Assembly: GCF_004010195.1 (NCBI RefSeq) | Contig: NC_057754.1 | Coordinates: 5,443,781 to 5,507,780 of the forward strand | From: Chiloscyllium plagiosum | Taxonomy: Eukaryota | Reading direction: 5' to 3' | Length of the DNA stretch: 64,000 nt | In this document: positions 37,471 through 51,413 of the stretch, piece after piece | How the letters are laid out: every line of letters starts with the position of its first letter | Numbering within the stretch: position 1 is the stretch's first letter | Notes under the pieces: model-generated | Seen by the model: only the letters and a program-made list of their open reading frames with translations | Databases searched by the model: none | Told to the model about the DNA's origin: nothing | Translations under genes and position numbers: made by a program

Positions 37471-37974
37471 TGTTTCTGATCACGGATAATAGGATAAAGT
37501 CCGATGTATTTAGCACAGAAACAGACCCTTCGGTCCAACCGGTCCATGCCGACCATAATCCCAACTAAACTAGTCCCACCTGCCTGCTCCTGGCCCATAT
37601 TCCTCCCTACCTTTCCTATCCAAGCAGTCATACAAATGTCTTTCATGGACGGCACAGTGGCTCAGTGGTTAGCACTGCTGCCTTACTGCGCCAGGGACCT
37701 GGGTTTGATTCCAGCCTCAGGCGACTGTCTGTGTGGAGTTTGCACATTTTCCCCGTGTCTGCGTGGGTTTCCTCCGGGTGCTCCGGTTTCCTCCCACAAT
37801 CCAAAGATATGCAAGTCAGGTGAATTGGCCATGCTAAACTGCCCGTAGTATTAGGTACATTAGTAAGGGGTAAATATAGGGTCAGGGAATGGGTCTGGGT
37901 GGGATACTCTTCAGAGGGTCGGTTTGGACTTGTTGGGCCGAAGGGCCTGTTTCCATACTGTAAGGAATCTAATC

Positions 37975-39090
37975 TTTTAACATTGCAATTTTAACCACAT
38001 CCATCACTTCCTCTAGAAGTTCATTCCAAACGTGAGCCACTCTCTGTGTAAAAATGTTGCCCCTCACATCTTTTTAAAATTTTTATCCTGTCACCTTAAA
38101 AATATGCCCCTTAGTCTTGAAATTCCCCCATTCTAGGGAAAAGACACTTCCTAGTCATTTATCTATACGCCTCAAAGCTTTAAAAACCTCTCCATTATCA
38201 CCCCTCAACCTCCTACTCACCAGTGAAAAAAGTCCCAGCCTATCCAGCCTCTCCTTATAACCCAAACCCTCCAATCCCGGTAACATCCTGGTAAATCTCT
38301 TCTGAACCCTCTCCAGCTTAATAACATGCTTCCTATAACAGGGTGACCAGAACTGGACATGGTACTCCAGTAAAGGCCTCACTAATGTCCTGTACAACCT
38401 CAACATGACGAATCAACTCCTATACTCAAAGCTCTGACTAATGAAGGCAAGCATGCTAAACGCCTTTTTAACTACCTTGTCGACGTGACACAAACTTCAA
38501 AGAATTATGTCGCTAAACCCCTAGGTGTCTCTGATCTATAACACTACCCACTACCTACTTTTAATTGTACAAGTCCTGCCCTTGTTCGTTTTACCAAAAT
38601 ATAATACCTTACACTTACCTAAATTAAACTCTATCTGCCACATAGGCAAAAGTGAGGACTGCAGATGCTGGAAACCAGAGTCTATATTAGAGTGGTGCTG
38701 GAAAAGCACAGCAGGTCAGGCAGCATCCGAGGAGCAGGAAAATTGACGTTCCTGGCAAAAGCCCTTCATCAGGAATGTGACTCTATCTGCCACATTGCAG
38801 CCCCCATTAACCCAATTGATCAAAATCTCTTTGTGATCCTAGATAACCTTCTTCGCTATCCACTATACCACCAGTCTTGGTGTCATCTGCAAACCACTAC
38901 CATGCTTTCTGTCATTCTCATTGAAATCATGCATATAAGTGACGAACAAAAGTGGACCCAGCACCAATCCCCTGTGGAACACCACTGGTGATAGGCCTCC
39001 AGTCTGAAAAACAGCCTGTCACCATCAGTCTCTGTCTCCTGCCATTAAGCCAATTTTGTATCCAATTGGCAAGCTCACTTTGAATCTTAT
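37975..39090 (-). mobile_element. CR1 fragment carrying a short Penelope-like insert (38644-38779)
   Basis: LVRPLLEY motif; 16-bp TSD actctatctgccacat. Confidence 0.88.
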
Positions 39091-39859
39091 TCCATCATAT
39101 TCTTAATTCATCATTTCAGATTGTCCCACATTGTGCCCACAAAAACCCATATGTTAAGTGCAAAAATCTCTTGCTGGAATCTGCTCCAGAGGGTAGCTTC
39201 AGTCCATAGCACTGTATATTCTGTTAACAGTTATCAGTTTAAATGACTGCACTGTCCAATAGCTATCAGCTCAATTATTAAATACGTTATGTTTCACCAG
39301 GGTAGCAGGCTGGGAATCAAGTCCCATTGTTCCCTGAGTCATCACAAAAGTTAAAGATTTATGTGTGAGATCACTTTAATTCTGTCATGGGATGTGCGTG
39401 TCAGGGACAAGGCATTTATTCCCCATCCCTAGTTGCCCCCCTTGAGAAGATGGTGGTGAGCTGCCATCTTGAACCGCTGCAGTCCATGTGCTGTAGGGAA
39501 ACCACTTAGGGAGGGAGTTTCAGGATTTTGACCCAGTGATACTGAAAGAATGACAACATATTTCCAAATCAGGATGGGGAGGGGCTCAGTGGGGAACTTG
39601 CAGCGGGGGGTGGTGTCCCCATGTATCTGCTTCCCTTGTCCTTCTCGATGGATGTGGTCATGGATTTGAAAGGTGGTGTCTAACGATCTTGGTGAATTTA
39701 TGAAATAGAATGAGATACCATCTCTGGTCCTACAATTTGGAAATCCCTCCCTAAATATTCTCTCTTCCTTTAAGACTTGCGCTACATTCTCCAACGTTTA
39801 CCACCCGTTGAAGGATTATTTTCATCATGTGCTCAAGGAACAGTTCAGCTGCAGTACTG

Positions 39860-40260
39860 AGGGGTGACTGCAGTACTGAGGGGTGACCTTATAGAGGCTT
39901 ATAAAATCATGAGGGGCATGGATAGGGTGAATAGTCAAGGTCTTTTCTCCAGGGTAGGGGAGTCCAAAACTAGAGGACATAGGTTTAAGGTTAGGGGGAA
40001 AGATTTAAACAGGGACCTCAGGGGCAACTTTTTCATGCAGAGGGTGGTGTGTGTGTGGAATGAGCTGCCAGAGGAAGTGGTGGAGGCTGGTACAATGACA
40101 ACATTTAAGAGGCATCTGGATGGGTATATGAATAGGAAGGGTTTGGAGGGATATGGGCCAAATCCTGGCAAATCGGACGAGATCAGTTTAGGATATTTGG
40201 TCGGCATGGCCGAGTTGGACCACAGTATCTGTTTCCCTGCTGTACAGCTCTATGACTCTA
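39860..40260 (+). mobile_element. CR1 3' fragment
   Basis: RGDLIEAYKIMRG...WNELPEEVV. Confidence 0.88.
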
Positions 40261-41744
40261 GGTGCTGAGCCAGCTTCTTGACCCACTGCAGTCGGTGCGG
40301 TATGTCACAGGCACTGCAGACAGGCAACATTATAGGAAATTTGAACTTTCAGTTAATGAACTAGGATGACAAGAGATGGTGTTTTAAGATTTGTACAATA
40401 ACAAATGACTAAAATCAGTATTAACTAGAAACTATTTTTGTAGGTTACTTATATTTTAAATTACACAAAGGAACTTTCTTCTTGTGTCACATGGTTTTCT
40501 ATCCACAAAGTAACGATCGATTCCAGCTTTCTTTCCCAGTTCCCCTTTAACACTGAGTGATAACTTTATGATTGGCCGGTTCTAGGGCTTTTGTCTCAGT
40601 TTTCAGTTTTTCTCAAGCCATTGACGGCTGTGAAGTTCCTTCCGATGACTCCAACTGCATCTTGGCCAATGCCAGACTGATTTTACCACTCGCTGTACCC
40701 AGCAGAATTCAACACCACCAGGAAATCCTGTATAGACCATCAACCCTGGCAAGATGCCATCTTGAAAAGGCCAAGCACTGTCAACAAAGAGCTGCCCTGC
40801 CTGGTCATGGACATTTGCCCTGGACATTGCAGAGAGGGAAATTTGCAAATGTGAGGTTCTGCAAGGGCAAGTATACAGTTAATGGCAGGACTCTTAACAG
40901 CATTGATGTACATAGGGATCCTGGGGTCCTAGTCCATATCTCCCTGAATGTGGCCACACAAGTAGATAGATTGGTAAAGAAGGTATATGTCAAGCTTGAC
41001 TTTGTTGTTCGGGATATTGAGTACAAGTCATGTCACAGCTTCATAAGACTTTGGTTAAGTCGCACTTTAGTCTATTGCATTCAATTCTGGTCGCCAAACT
41101 ACAAGAAGAATGTGGAGGCTTTGGAGAGGGTGCAGAAAAGATTTCCCAACATGGAAATACATCGGATATTCCTTCACCGTCACTGGATCAAAATCCCTCC
41201 TTCACGGCGTTGCGGGCATCTGTACAGTACACGGACTGCAACGGCTCAAGAAGACAGCTCACCCCCACCTTCTCAAGGGGCAACTAGGGATGGGCAATAA
41301 ATGCTGGGCCCAGCCAGCAATGCCCACATCCCACAAATGAGTAATTTTTTTAAAAATGCAATGAATTAAACAAGATCATTACACAAAGGATCAATCTATA
41401 GTAAAAAGGTAACTTGAGAACAGGATTCTGTAAAATGGATTACCAGTATGACTGGGAGAGGTGACAATCTAATGATCATCTAACAAATAATTACAGAGGG
41501 TAGCAGGAAAATAGGATTAATAAGTTAGGTTGGGACTAAACGTCTTGATCTATCTAAATGCTGGTCACAAGCTAACATTTGTCCAATAACTCGGTCAAAC
41601 ATTTGCACTTTGGAGTGTAAAGGTATATCTACTGTGATCCTTTTCAGTATTACTTACTCTAGACACAACCAAAGATACACAGCGGCCTCAGTCACAAACA
41701 GTTTCTGTCAAATTTAACAAGGTCTCCACCTGCAATCATCAGCC

Positions 41745-42146
41745 ATGGCTTTTGCTGACATTCTGGAGACTGTAGGAAGTGTGGGAAAATTCCAAATCAT
41801 CCACATTCTTTTGCTGATCTACCCAATTACCTTGATGTGCTCCCACATGCTACTGCAAAACTTTGTGGCTGCTGTACCCGATCATCACTGCAGGTTCCCC
41901 TCAGAAATCAATGACTTGTGGCACATTAATGTCACAGACAAGCTACGGACAGAGGAGCTTCTTCATGTTTTCATCCCTCTGGACCGGAATCAGCAGCCGG
42001 ATCAGTGCCGCGTGTACTCCTCACCTCAGTGGCACCCTCTGGATCTCAACAAGACGCATGGCAACAGGACCGAATACGAGACCCGGCTCTGCACTGATGG
42101 GTGGATGTTTGACAACTCTACATTTAAATCAACTGTAGTTAGTGAG
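41745..42146 (+). pseudogene. SLC22 paralog B exon 1 (134 codons, MAFADILETVGSVGKFQ...KSTVVSE); donor site reads GA, not GT
   Basis: Typical OAT N-terminus, conserved loop Cys and N-glycosylation sequons; after ...AGTGAG the sequence is gaacat. Confidence 0.85.
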
Positions 42147-42333
42147 GAACATTCTATTCGCTGATGGTTTCGGGTAGGCACGGTGGCTCAGTATTTAGCA
42201 CTGCTGCCTCAGCACCGGGGGCCCACGTTTGATTCCATCCTTGGGTGCCTGTCTGTGTGGGGTTTGCACGTTCTCCCTGTGCCTGTGTGAGGTTTCCTCC
42301 GGGTGCTCCGGTTTCCTCCCACAGTGGACTGGC

Positions 42334-42800
42334 AATGGGAAATTGCCCACAGTGTCCAAGGATGTGCAGGTTAGGGTGGATTGGCCATGGGAAATTGCCC
42401 ACAGTGTCCAAGGATGTGCAGGTTAGGGTGGGGATTGACCATGGGAAATTGCCCACAGTGTCCAAGGATGTGCAGGTTAGGGTGGGGATTGGCCATGGGA
42501 AATTGCCCACAGTGTCCAAGGATGTGCAGGTTAGGGTGGGGACTGGCCATGGGAAATTGCCCACAGTGTCCAAGGATGTGCAGGTTAGGGTGGGGATTGG
42601 CCATGGGAAATTGCCCACAGTGTCCAAGGTTGTCCAGGTTAGGGTGGGGATTGGCCATGGGAAATTGCCCACAGTGTCCAAGGATGTCCAGGTTAGGGTG
42701 GGGATTGGCCATGGGAAATTGCCCACAGTGTCCAAGGATGTCCAGGTTAGGGTGGGGGGATTGGCCATGGGAAATTGCCCACAGTGTCCAAGGATGTGAA
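42334..42800. repeat. 54-bp variant of the HE1-internal minisatellite (~8 units)
   Basis: Unit ggccatgggaaattgcccacagtgtccaaggatgtgcaggttagggtggggatt; gives 18-aa periodic ORFs. Confidence 0.95.
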
Positions 42801-44884
42801 GGCTAGGTGGGTTAGCCAGGGGAAATACAGGGTTACAGGGATAGAGTAGGAGGTTGGGTTTAGGTGGGATGTTCTTGGGAGGGTCGGTTTGGACTGAATT
42901 GCCAGCTTCCAACACTGATGATGTCACTGTGTGTGATATGTAACTAAAGGAAGGTTGATAAATGGACATATCTACTGATGATGCTGTCACTGCAAGAGCT
43001 AGTTTGTAAGGCAGAGACGCCGAGCTAGCTACTGATGATCTTTTGAGTAAACAGCTTGGGAGGCCTTTCTTTTTACCAGCCTGTACGGGTGTGGCCATCT
43101 CTCACAAATCCGGATTTCTGAGTAGCATCAGAAGATATTGGGGTCTCAACAGATTTGGAAGCTTCAGTCAATGTCTCCTGGCTGCCGCTCTCTCTGAATT
43201 TTCTCTTGATGCTTTTTCCTCCTGGATTGAAGAACCGCATGTGAGAATCTGTGCCTGAGATTTCCTTTTTTGTTCTGGGATGTTAGAAATGTTCAGGGAT
43301 GTTATTATATAGAAAGTAAGAAAAGGTTAGGGTCTAGGCTACCTTCTTAAAATAATTTGAGGGGGTCTGGTCTGGTTCAGAACAATGAGCATTGGGATAA
43401 CCTCAAATCCATGAGGAATTTTCCATTTAAATATTCAGCTGTCACTTAATTTATTGTCATCATATCTTTCTGGCCTTATCTTGTGGATTCTCTGGTTTTC
43501 TTTAAATCCCCCTCAATTCAGATCACATTGTCATCCATCCGTCAGATAATTCTTCTTACCTTCAATATCCATCAGTTATTGCCAGCATAAGTTTGTACCT
43601 GGTGATTTCCCATGTCTAAACTTAGCTAGTTTACTCTCTCTAACCATTTTAAGTCAGCCTTTTTCGATTCTTGAAGTTCTTTTGATCAAATCCACTGATT
43701 TGTATTTCGGTCCCTCAAATCAATTCCGAACACCACACCCTCCACCCACGCATGCACATTTCACAAGCTATTTAACCAAATTTCTTCAGACTCCAGAGAC
43801 CATAAGAATAGGCCATTCAGCCCCTCAAGCCTGATTCAATGGTTCATCCGACATTCCTCACTTTCCTGCCCTTTCCCTGTCATCCTCGGTTTCCCTCCTG
43901 ATCAGCCTTAAATACACACAAGGACTTTGCCCCCCTACAGCCCTCTGGGTTCCAAAGACTCAATTCTCAAATAGAAAAAAGTTCCTTCTCATCTCAGTCT
44001 TAAATTGACACCCCATTATTCTGAGACTGTGCCCTCTCTGGTCCCGAGGGGGAAACATCCTCTCAGCATTTTCCTGTCAAGCCCCTGTATGTTTCAATAG
44101 CATCACCTCTGATTCTTCTAAACTCCAGTGAGTAGAGTCCCAAACTGTTTAACATTTATACATAAGGCAATCCCTCCAGACTGGGAACCATCTTAGTGAA
44201 ACTTCTCTGAACTGCCTCCCATGAAATGAGATCTTTCCTTAAATAAGGGAACCTAAACAGCTCCCAGTACTCCAGATGGTGGTCTCATCAACACCATGTA
44301 CCGTTGCTGTAAGACTTCCTGACTCTTATACTCCAACATTCCACTAGCCCTTCTTGATTACCTGCTGCCCCTGTGTGCTAGTTTACTGTGTTTTGTGCAC
44401 AATTAACCCCAAGTCCTTCTGTGTGACAGCTTTCCGCAGTTTTTCTCCATTTAAATAATACTGCCCTCTTGTTCTCCCTTCCAAAATGAACAACTTTGTC
44501 TTTACGGCAGCATTGCCCTTAGAAAGGATTTAGGTGTACACTATACCACCATCAGGACTACAGCATTCATATTACCATCAGCGCCCCCCCTGTCAGTACC
44601 ACTGATGACGTGTCAGCCATACAGCTTAAGATGGCACCACCACCACCACCAATGGCAAGGTGGCACTCTGCTGGATCTGAGCGGTCTCCTGCAGGGACAG
44701 GCAGTTGCCTTCAACAAGGCATGCTGGGACCATAATGGTAGCACTGCATAGGTGCAATAGGTCACCCATTGACAACCCTGGGAGAGACACAAAGCGAATT
44801 TAGTGAAGAGTCAAGTTTGTATTGTCATAGTCAGAGATTCTCAGAGCACGGAAACAGGCCCACTGGCCCAACTCATCCATGCAG

Positions 44885-47800
44885 ACCAGGATTTAGTAGC
44901 CATCATGGAGACATGCTTACAGGATGGTCACGACTGGAAGTTAAATATTCACGGATACCAGACTATTCGGAAGGACAGACAAGAAGGTAAGGGAGGTGGT
45001 GTAGCTCTGATATTCAAAGACAACATCAGGTCAGTGCTGAGAGATGGCATAGGTTCTATGGAGAATGAGGTTGAATCCACTTGGGTGGAAATTAGAAATT
45101 CTAAGGGGAAAAAGTCACTGATAGGTATAGTCTATAGGTCACGAAATAATAATATCACATTGGGATGGAAACAACCAATACCTATAAAAATGGTAGGGCA
45201 ATTATCATGGGAGATTTTAATCTACGTGTAGATTGGATGAACCAGCTCGGTCAGGGTAGCCTTGAGGAGGAGTTTGTTGAGTGTATCTGTGATAGCTTTC
45301 TTGATCAGTATACAATGGAACCGACAAAGGAGCAAGCTATCCTAGACCTGGTCCTGTCTATTCCATGAGACAGGAATAATTAATGACCTCATAGTTAGGG
45401 ATCCTCTTGGAAGGAGTGATCACAGTACGGCTGAATTTAGAATACAGCTGGAGAATGTGAAGTAAAACCCAATACCAGGGTCCTGTGCTTCCTGTGCATC
45501 AGCCAATCCTCTATCCACGCTAATACTTTACCTGTAACACCATGATTCTTTATCTTATGCAGCAGCCTCTTGTCTGGCACCTTGTCGAAGGCTTTTTTGA
45601 AATCTAGTTACACCACATCTACTGAGTCCCCATTGTCCACCATGCTCATAATGTCTTCATAAAATTACAAAAGATTAGTTAAGCGTGACCTGCCCTTCAT
45701 GAACCCATGCTGCATCTGTCTACAATAGGATAAGGGAGGAGTTGGATAAAGTAGACTGGAAACAAAGACTTTATGGTGGGACAGTTGACGAGCAGTGGAG
45801 GATTTTCAAAGCAATGTTTCAAAGTGCTCATCAAAAGTTTATTCCAGTGAAAAGGAAGGCGAGGGGAAAGATATAAAAGAGACCTAAGGGGCAACTTTTT
45901 CACGCAGAGGGTGGTGCGTGTATGGAATGAGCTGCCAGAGGAAGTGGTGGAGGCTGATACAATTGCAACATTTAAGAGGCATTTGGATGGGCATATGAAT
46001 AGGAAGGGTTTAGAGGCAGATGGGCAGGGTGCTGGCAGGTGGGACTAGATTGGGTTGGGATATCTGGTCAGCATGGACAGTTTGGACTGAAGGGTCTGTT
46101 TCCATCTCTATGACTCTCTATGACTGTAAGAAAAGGGGTAATCTGCCAGGGGTGTCTAGGGAAATAAGGGAGGCTATCAAATTGAAAGAGAAGACACACA
46201 GTGTGGCCAAGATCAGCGGGAAACTAGAAGACTGGGAAAGCTTTAAAGGTCAACAGAAAGCCGCAAAAAGAGCTATAAAGAAAAGCAAGATAGAACATGA
46301 GAAAAAACTGGCACAGAATATAAAGACAGATAGCAAAACTTTCTATACATATATAAAATGACAAAGAGTGGCTAAAGTCCCTTAGAGAATGAGAAGGGGC
46401 ATTCAGTTATGGGATATGAGCCAATGGCTGAGGCATTGAACAGGTATTTTGTATCGGTCTTCACAGTGGAGGCACTAATAACCTGCCAGTAATTGACAAA
46501 GAGACAAAGGTAGGTGAGGACCTGGAAACAATCATTATCACAGAAGAGGGAGTGTTGGGCAAAAGCTCATGGAGCTAAGGATAGACAAGTCTCCTGGCCC
46601 TGATGGAATGCATCCCAGCACACTAAAAGAGATGGCTAGAGAAATAGCAATTGCACTTGCGGCAATTTTCCAAAATTCGCTGGACTTTGGGACAGTTCCA
46701 GCAGATTGGAAAACAGCAAATGTGATGCCACTGTTTAAAAAGGGCAGTAGACAAAACATGGGGAATTATAGACTGGGTTAGCTTAACTTCTATAGTGGGG
46801 AAGATGCTTGAGTCTGTTATCAAGGAAGAAATAGCAAGGCATCGAGATAGAAATTGTCACGTTGGACAGATGTTGCATGGGCTCATGAAGGGCAGGTCAC
46901 GCTTAACTAATCTTTTTTGTAATTTTATGAAGACATTACAAGCATGGTAGACATGGGGACTCAGTAGATGTGGTGTACCTGGATTTCCAAAAGGCTTTTG
47001 ACAAGGTGCTGGACAAGAGGCTGCTGCATAAGATAAAGATGCATGGTGTTACGGGTAAAGTATTAGCGTGGACAGATGACTGATTGACGCACAGGAAGCA
47101 ATCAGTAACTAGTGGTGTGCCTCAGGGATCAGTGTTGGGACCGGAAATATTCACAATTTACACAGATTGTTTGGAGTTGGGGACCACGTGTAGTATGTCG
47201 AAGTTTGCAGATGGCACTAAGATGAGTGGCAGGGCAAAGTGTGCAGAGGACTGCGAAATTTTGCAGAGGAACATAGATACTTTAAGTGAGTGGGCAAAGG
47301 TTTAGCAGATAGAATACATTATTAACAAATGTGAAGTCATCCATTTTGGTAGGAATAGCACTAAAAAGGACTATTACTTGAATAATAAAAAGTTGCAGCA
47401 TGCTGCAGTGCAGAGGGGCCTGGGTGGCCTTGTGCATGAATCACAGAAGGTTGGTCTGGAGGTACAACAGGTAATTAGGGGCGCAAATGGAATTTTGTCC
47501 TATATTGCTAAAGGGCTTGAGTTTAAAGGCAGGGAGGTTATGTTGTAGCTGTACAGGGTGCTAATGAGGCCACACCTGGAGGACTGTGGACAGTTTTGTT
47601 CTCCTTACTTGAGAAAGGATGTACTGGCACTAGTGGGGGTGCAGAGGAGGTTCCCCAGGTCGATTCGTGAAGCTAGGACAAGAGGGCACAGCCTCAAGAT
47701 TAGGAGGAGCAGATCTAGGGCTGAATTGGGAAGGAACGTCTTCACCCAGAGGGTTGTGAATCTGTGGAATTCCTTGCCCAGTGAAGTAGTTGATGCTACT

Positions 47801-47980
47801 TCAGCAAATATTTTTAAAACTAAGATAGATTTTTTTTAACACTAAAGGAATTAAGGGTTAGGGTGAGAGGGTGGGTAAGTGGAGCTGAGGCCATGAAAGG
47901 ATAAGCCCTGATCGCGCTGAACGGTGGAGCAGGCTCAAGGGGCCAGACGGCCTACTCCTGCTCCTAGCTCTCATGCTCTT
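44885..47980 (+). mobile_element. Long degraded CR1 ORF2 (APE endonuclease through RT to 3' UTR), with an inverted piece ~45490-45725 and a nested CR1 tail ~45860-46125
   Basis: [55 protein letters not shown]. Confidence 0.9.
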
Positions 47981-48439
47981 ATGTTCCAGTATACAGTGAA
48001 AATTATTGTTTTGGGTGCTATCCTACCTTACATAATTACATCAGGGCAATGGAACAGAATGCAGTAAATAGTGTTACAGCTCCAGTGAAGGTGCAGAGAA
48101 AGAACAATTCTCATATAGGAGAGGTCCATTCAGAAGTCTGATAACAGCGGAGAAGAAGCTGTTTATGAACCTGTTGGTACGTGCTTTCAAACATTTGTAC
48201 CTTCTGCCCGACAGAAGAGAGTGGCAGAGATTATAACTGGGGGGCGAGGGGTCTTTGATGACGTCAGCTGCCTTCCCGAGGCATTGGGAAGTGTAGATGG
48301 GGTCAGTGGAAGGAAAGGTGGTCTTCGTGATGGACTGGGCTATCTTCACAACTCTCTGTAGTTTCTTGCGGTCTCGGGCAGAGCAGTTGCCAAATCATGC
48401 ATCTGGATCGATGAGATGTCCTTTGTGTGGCTTATCTGT

Positions 48440-50090
48440 TTATGATAGAAGACAGAGGATAATGGTAGAGGGTTGCTTTTCAGACTGCAGGCCTACGATC
48501 AGAGATGTTCCTCAGGGAACAGTACTGAGTCCACTTTTGATTGTCATTTATATAAATGATTTGGATGAGAATATAGGAGGTATGGTTAGTAAGATTTCAG
48601 ATGATACTAAGATTGGTGGTGTAGTAGATAATGAAGAAGGTTATCTAATGTTACAAAGAGATCTTGATCAACCTTGGAGTGCAGGTTCATAGCTCCTTGA
48701 AAGTGGAGTCGCAGGTAGATAGGATAGTGAAGAAAGCGTTTGGTATGCTTTCCTTTATCGGTCAGAGTACTGAGTACAGGTGTTGGGAGGTCATATTGCG
48801 GCTGTACAGGACATTGGTTAGGCCACTGTTGGAATATTGCGTGCAATTCTGATCTCCTTCCTATCAGAAAGATGTTGTGAAACTTGAAAGGGTTCAGAAA
48901 AGATTTACAAGGATGTTGCCAGGTTTGGAGGGTTTGAGCTACAGGGAGAGACTGAATAGGCTGGGGCTGTTTTCCCTGGTGCGTCGGAGGCTGAGGGGTG
49001 ACCTTATAGAGCTTTACAAAATTATGAGGGGCATTGATAGGGTAAATAGGCAAAGTCTTTTCCCTGGGGTCGGGAAGTCCAGAACTAGAGGGCATAGGTA
49101 TAGGGTAAGAGGGGAAAAATATAAAAGAGACCTAAAGGGCAACTTTTTCACACAGAAAGTGGTACATGTATGGAATGAGCTGCCAGAGGAAGTGGTGGAG
49201 GATGTTATAATTGCATAATTTAAGAGGCATTTGGATGGATATATGAATAGGAAGGATTTGGAGGGATATGGACCGGGTGCTGGCAGATGGGACTAGATTG
49301 GCTTGGGATATCTGGTCGGCATGGATGTGTTGGACCGAAGGGTCTGTTTCCATGCTGTACATCTCTATGACTCTATAATTGGGTCAATGGACTGAGGAGT
49401 GACAGACGGAGTTTAATTTGGATAAATGTGAGGTATTGCATTTTGGTAAAACAAACAAGGAAAGGACTTGTACACTTAATGGTAGAGCCCTGTGTAGTTT
49501 TGTTGAACACAGAGACCAGGGGGTTCAGGTACATAATTCTTTGAAATTTGTTTCACAGGTAGACAGGGTGGTTAAGAAGGCATGTGGCACACTTGTTTTT
49601 AACGCTCAAACCTTTGAGTATAGAAGTTGGGACGTCATGTTGGGGTTGTACAGGACATTGGTGAGGCCTCGTCTGGATCACTGTGTCCAGTTCTGGTCGC
49701 CCTATTACGGGAAGGATATTATTAAACTGGAGAGGGTTCAGAAGAGATTGACCAGGATGTTGCTGGGAATGGAGGGTTTGGGTTATAAAAATAGACTGGG
49801 ACATTTTTCACTGAAGGAGGTTGGGAGGTGACCTTACTGAGGTTTATAAAATCATGAGAGGAATAGATAAGGTGAATGACAAGGCTCTTTTCCCTAGGAT
49901 AAGGGAGTTCAAAACTAGAGGGCACAGTTTTAAGGTGAGAGGAGAAAGATTTTAAAAAGACATTAAGAGGCAACTTTTTTTTACACAGGGAGTGATAATG
50001 TGTGGAATGAATTGCCAGAGAAAGTGATGGATGTAGGTACAGTTACAGCGCTTAAAATACATTTGCACAAGTACATGACTATGTAAAGGC
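48440..50090 (+). mobile_element. CR1 fragment with a second CR1 3' part nested at ~48671-49376
   Basis: Two successive RPLLEYC/RPRLDHC...WNELPE segments. Confidence 0.85.
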
Positions 50091-50903
50091 TTAGATTAGA
50101 TTTGATTACTTAGTGTGGAAACTGGCCCTTCAGCCGAACAAGTCCACACCAACCCTCAAAGAGCAACCCACCCAGACCCATTCCCCTACACCTGACACTC
50201 CGGGCAGTTTAGCATGGCCAATTCACCTAACCTGCACATCTTTGGACTGTGGGAGGAAACCGGAGCACCCGGAGGAAACGCACGCAGACACGGGGAGAAC
50301 GTGCAAACTCCATATAGACAGCTGCCCGAGGCGGGAATTGAACCCAGGTCGCTGCTGCTGTGAGGCAGCAGTGCTAACCACTGTGCCACCGTGCTGTTTA
50401 GAGGGGTATGGGCCAAGCACGGGCAATTAACACTCCACTCATACCATTTGTACTTATCCTTCGATACTCTCAATAACCGGGAAATATCTTGTCATTATCG
50501 CTCCACCTATAAATTCTGTGCTTATGACCTTTCCTCCACTTCACTTGGTGAAGGAACAGCACTCCAAAGCTTCCGAACTTGAATAAACCTGTTGGACTAT
50601 TACCTGGTGTCGTGTAACTTCTGAAAATGTCCTGCAGGGAAGGAAACTGCCACCCTTACCTGGTCTGGCCTTACACGTGACTGCGGACCCATGTGGTTGA
50701 CTCTGGGCAATTAGGGATGCTGCCTAGCCAGTGATCCCCTCAACCCATGAATGAATAAAGGATAAAAAAAAATGGTCTGCAGAATAGCCTCACAGGTTTG
50801 TTTCTTGACACTCCTTCAATTTCAAGGTCCAGCACATTTGCAAAATATTCCAGTTACTGTGAATACTGTCAAATCCCTGTCAGTATGATTCCTGTTTTAA
50901 CGG

Positions 50904-51007
50904 TGGGACCTAGTGTGCAACCAGAAGTCCTTGAAACAGATGGCACAGTCTATCTACATGGCTGGTTTGATGATCGGAGCCCTGGTACTGGGGAGGCTTC
51001 CTGACAT
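50904..51007 (+). pseudogene. SLC22 paralog B exon 2 (104 nt, [34 protein letters not shown]); acceptor reads GG, not AG
   Basis: WDLVC motif, canonical 104-nt size, donor gtaaga intact, preceded by ttttaacgg. Confidence 0.87.
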
Positions 51008-51206
51008 GTAAGAGAAGTTCATTGAATGATACAAAGAGTTTATCTTCCAAGACTGAATCCAAGGCCACTTCTGCGGTACTGTGTCCAGTTCAGGCCACCC
51101 AGTTATAGGAAGGATATTATTGAGCTGGAGAGGGTTCAGAAGAGATTTACCAGGACGTTGCCAGGTATGGAAGGTGTGACTTCTAAAGGAAGGCTGGATA
51201 GGCTGG

Positions 51207-51413
51207 ATTTGGAGATGCCGGTGCTGGACTGGGGTGTACAAAGTTAAAAATCACACAACACCAGGTTATAGTCCAACAGGTTTAATTGGAAGCACACTAG
51301 CTTTCGGAGCGCCGCTCCGACAATCACCTGATGAAGGAGCGACGCTCCGGAAGCTAGTGTGCTTCCAATTAAACCTGTTGGACGATAACCTGGTGTTGTG
51401 TGATTTTTAACTA
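51207..51413. mobile_element. Penelope-like family B terminus in inverted-repeat configuration, inserted in CR1
   Basis: Arms ~51246-51318 and ~51336-51410 are reverse complements; TSD gataggctgg at 51197-51206 and 51414-51423. Confidence 0.8.

Noticed and set aside
40572..41300. 242-aa ORF
   Set aside because: Chimera of unique sequence, a CR1 fragment and another LINE tail.
42154..43098. 314-aa ORF and overlapping 18-aa periodic ORFs
   Set aside because: Artefact of a 54-bp (multiple of 3) tandem repeat within a SINE.
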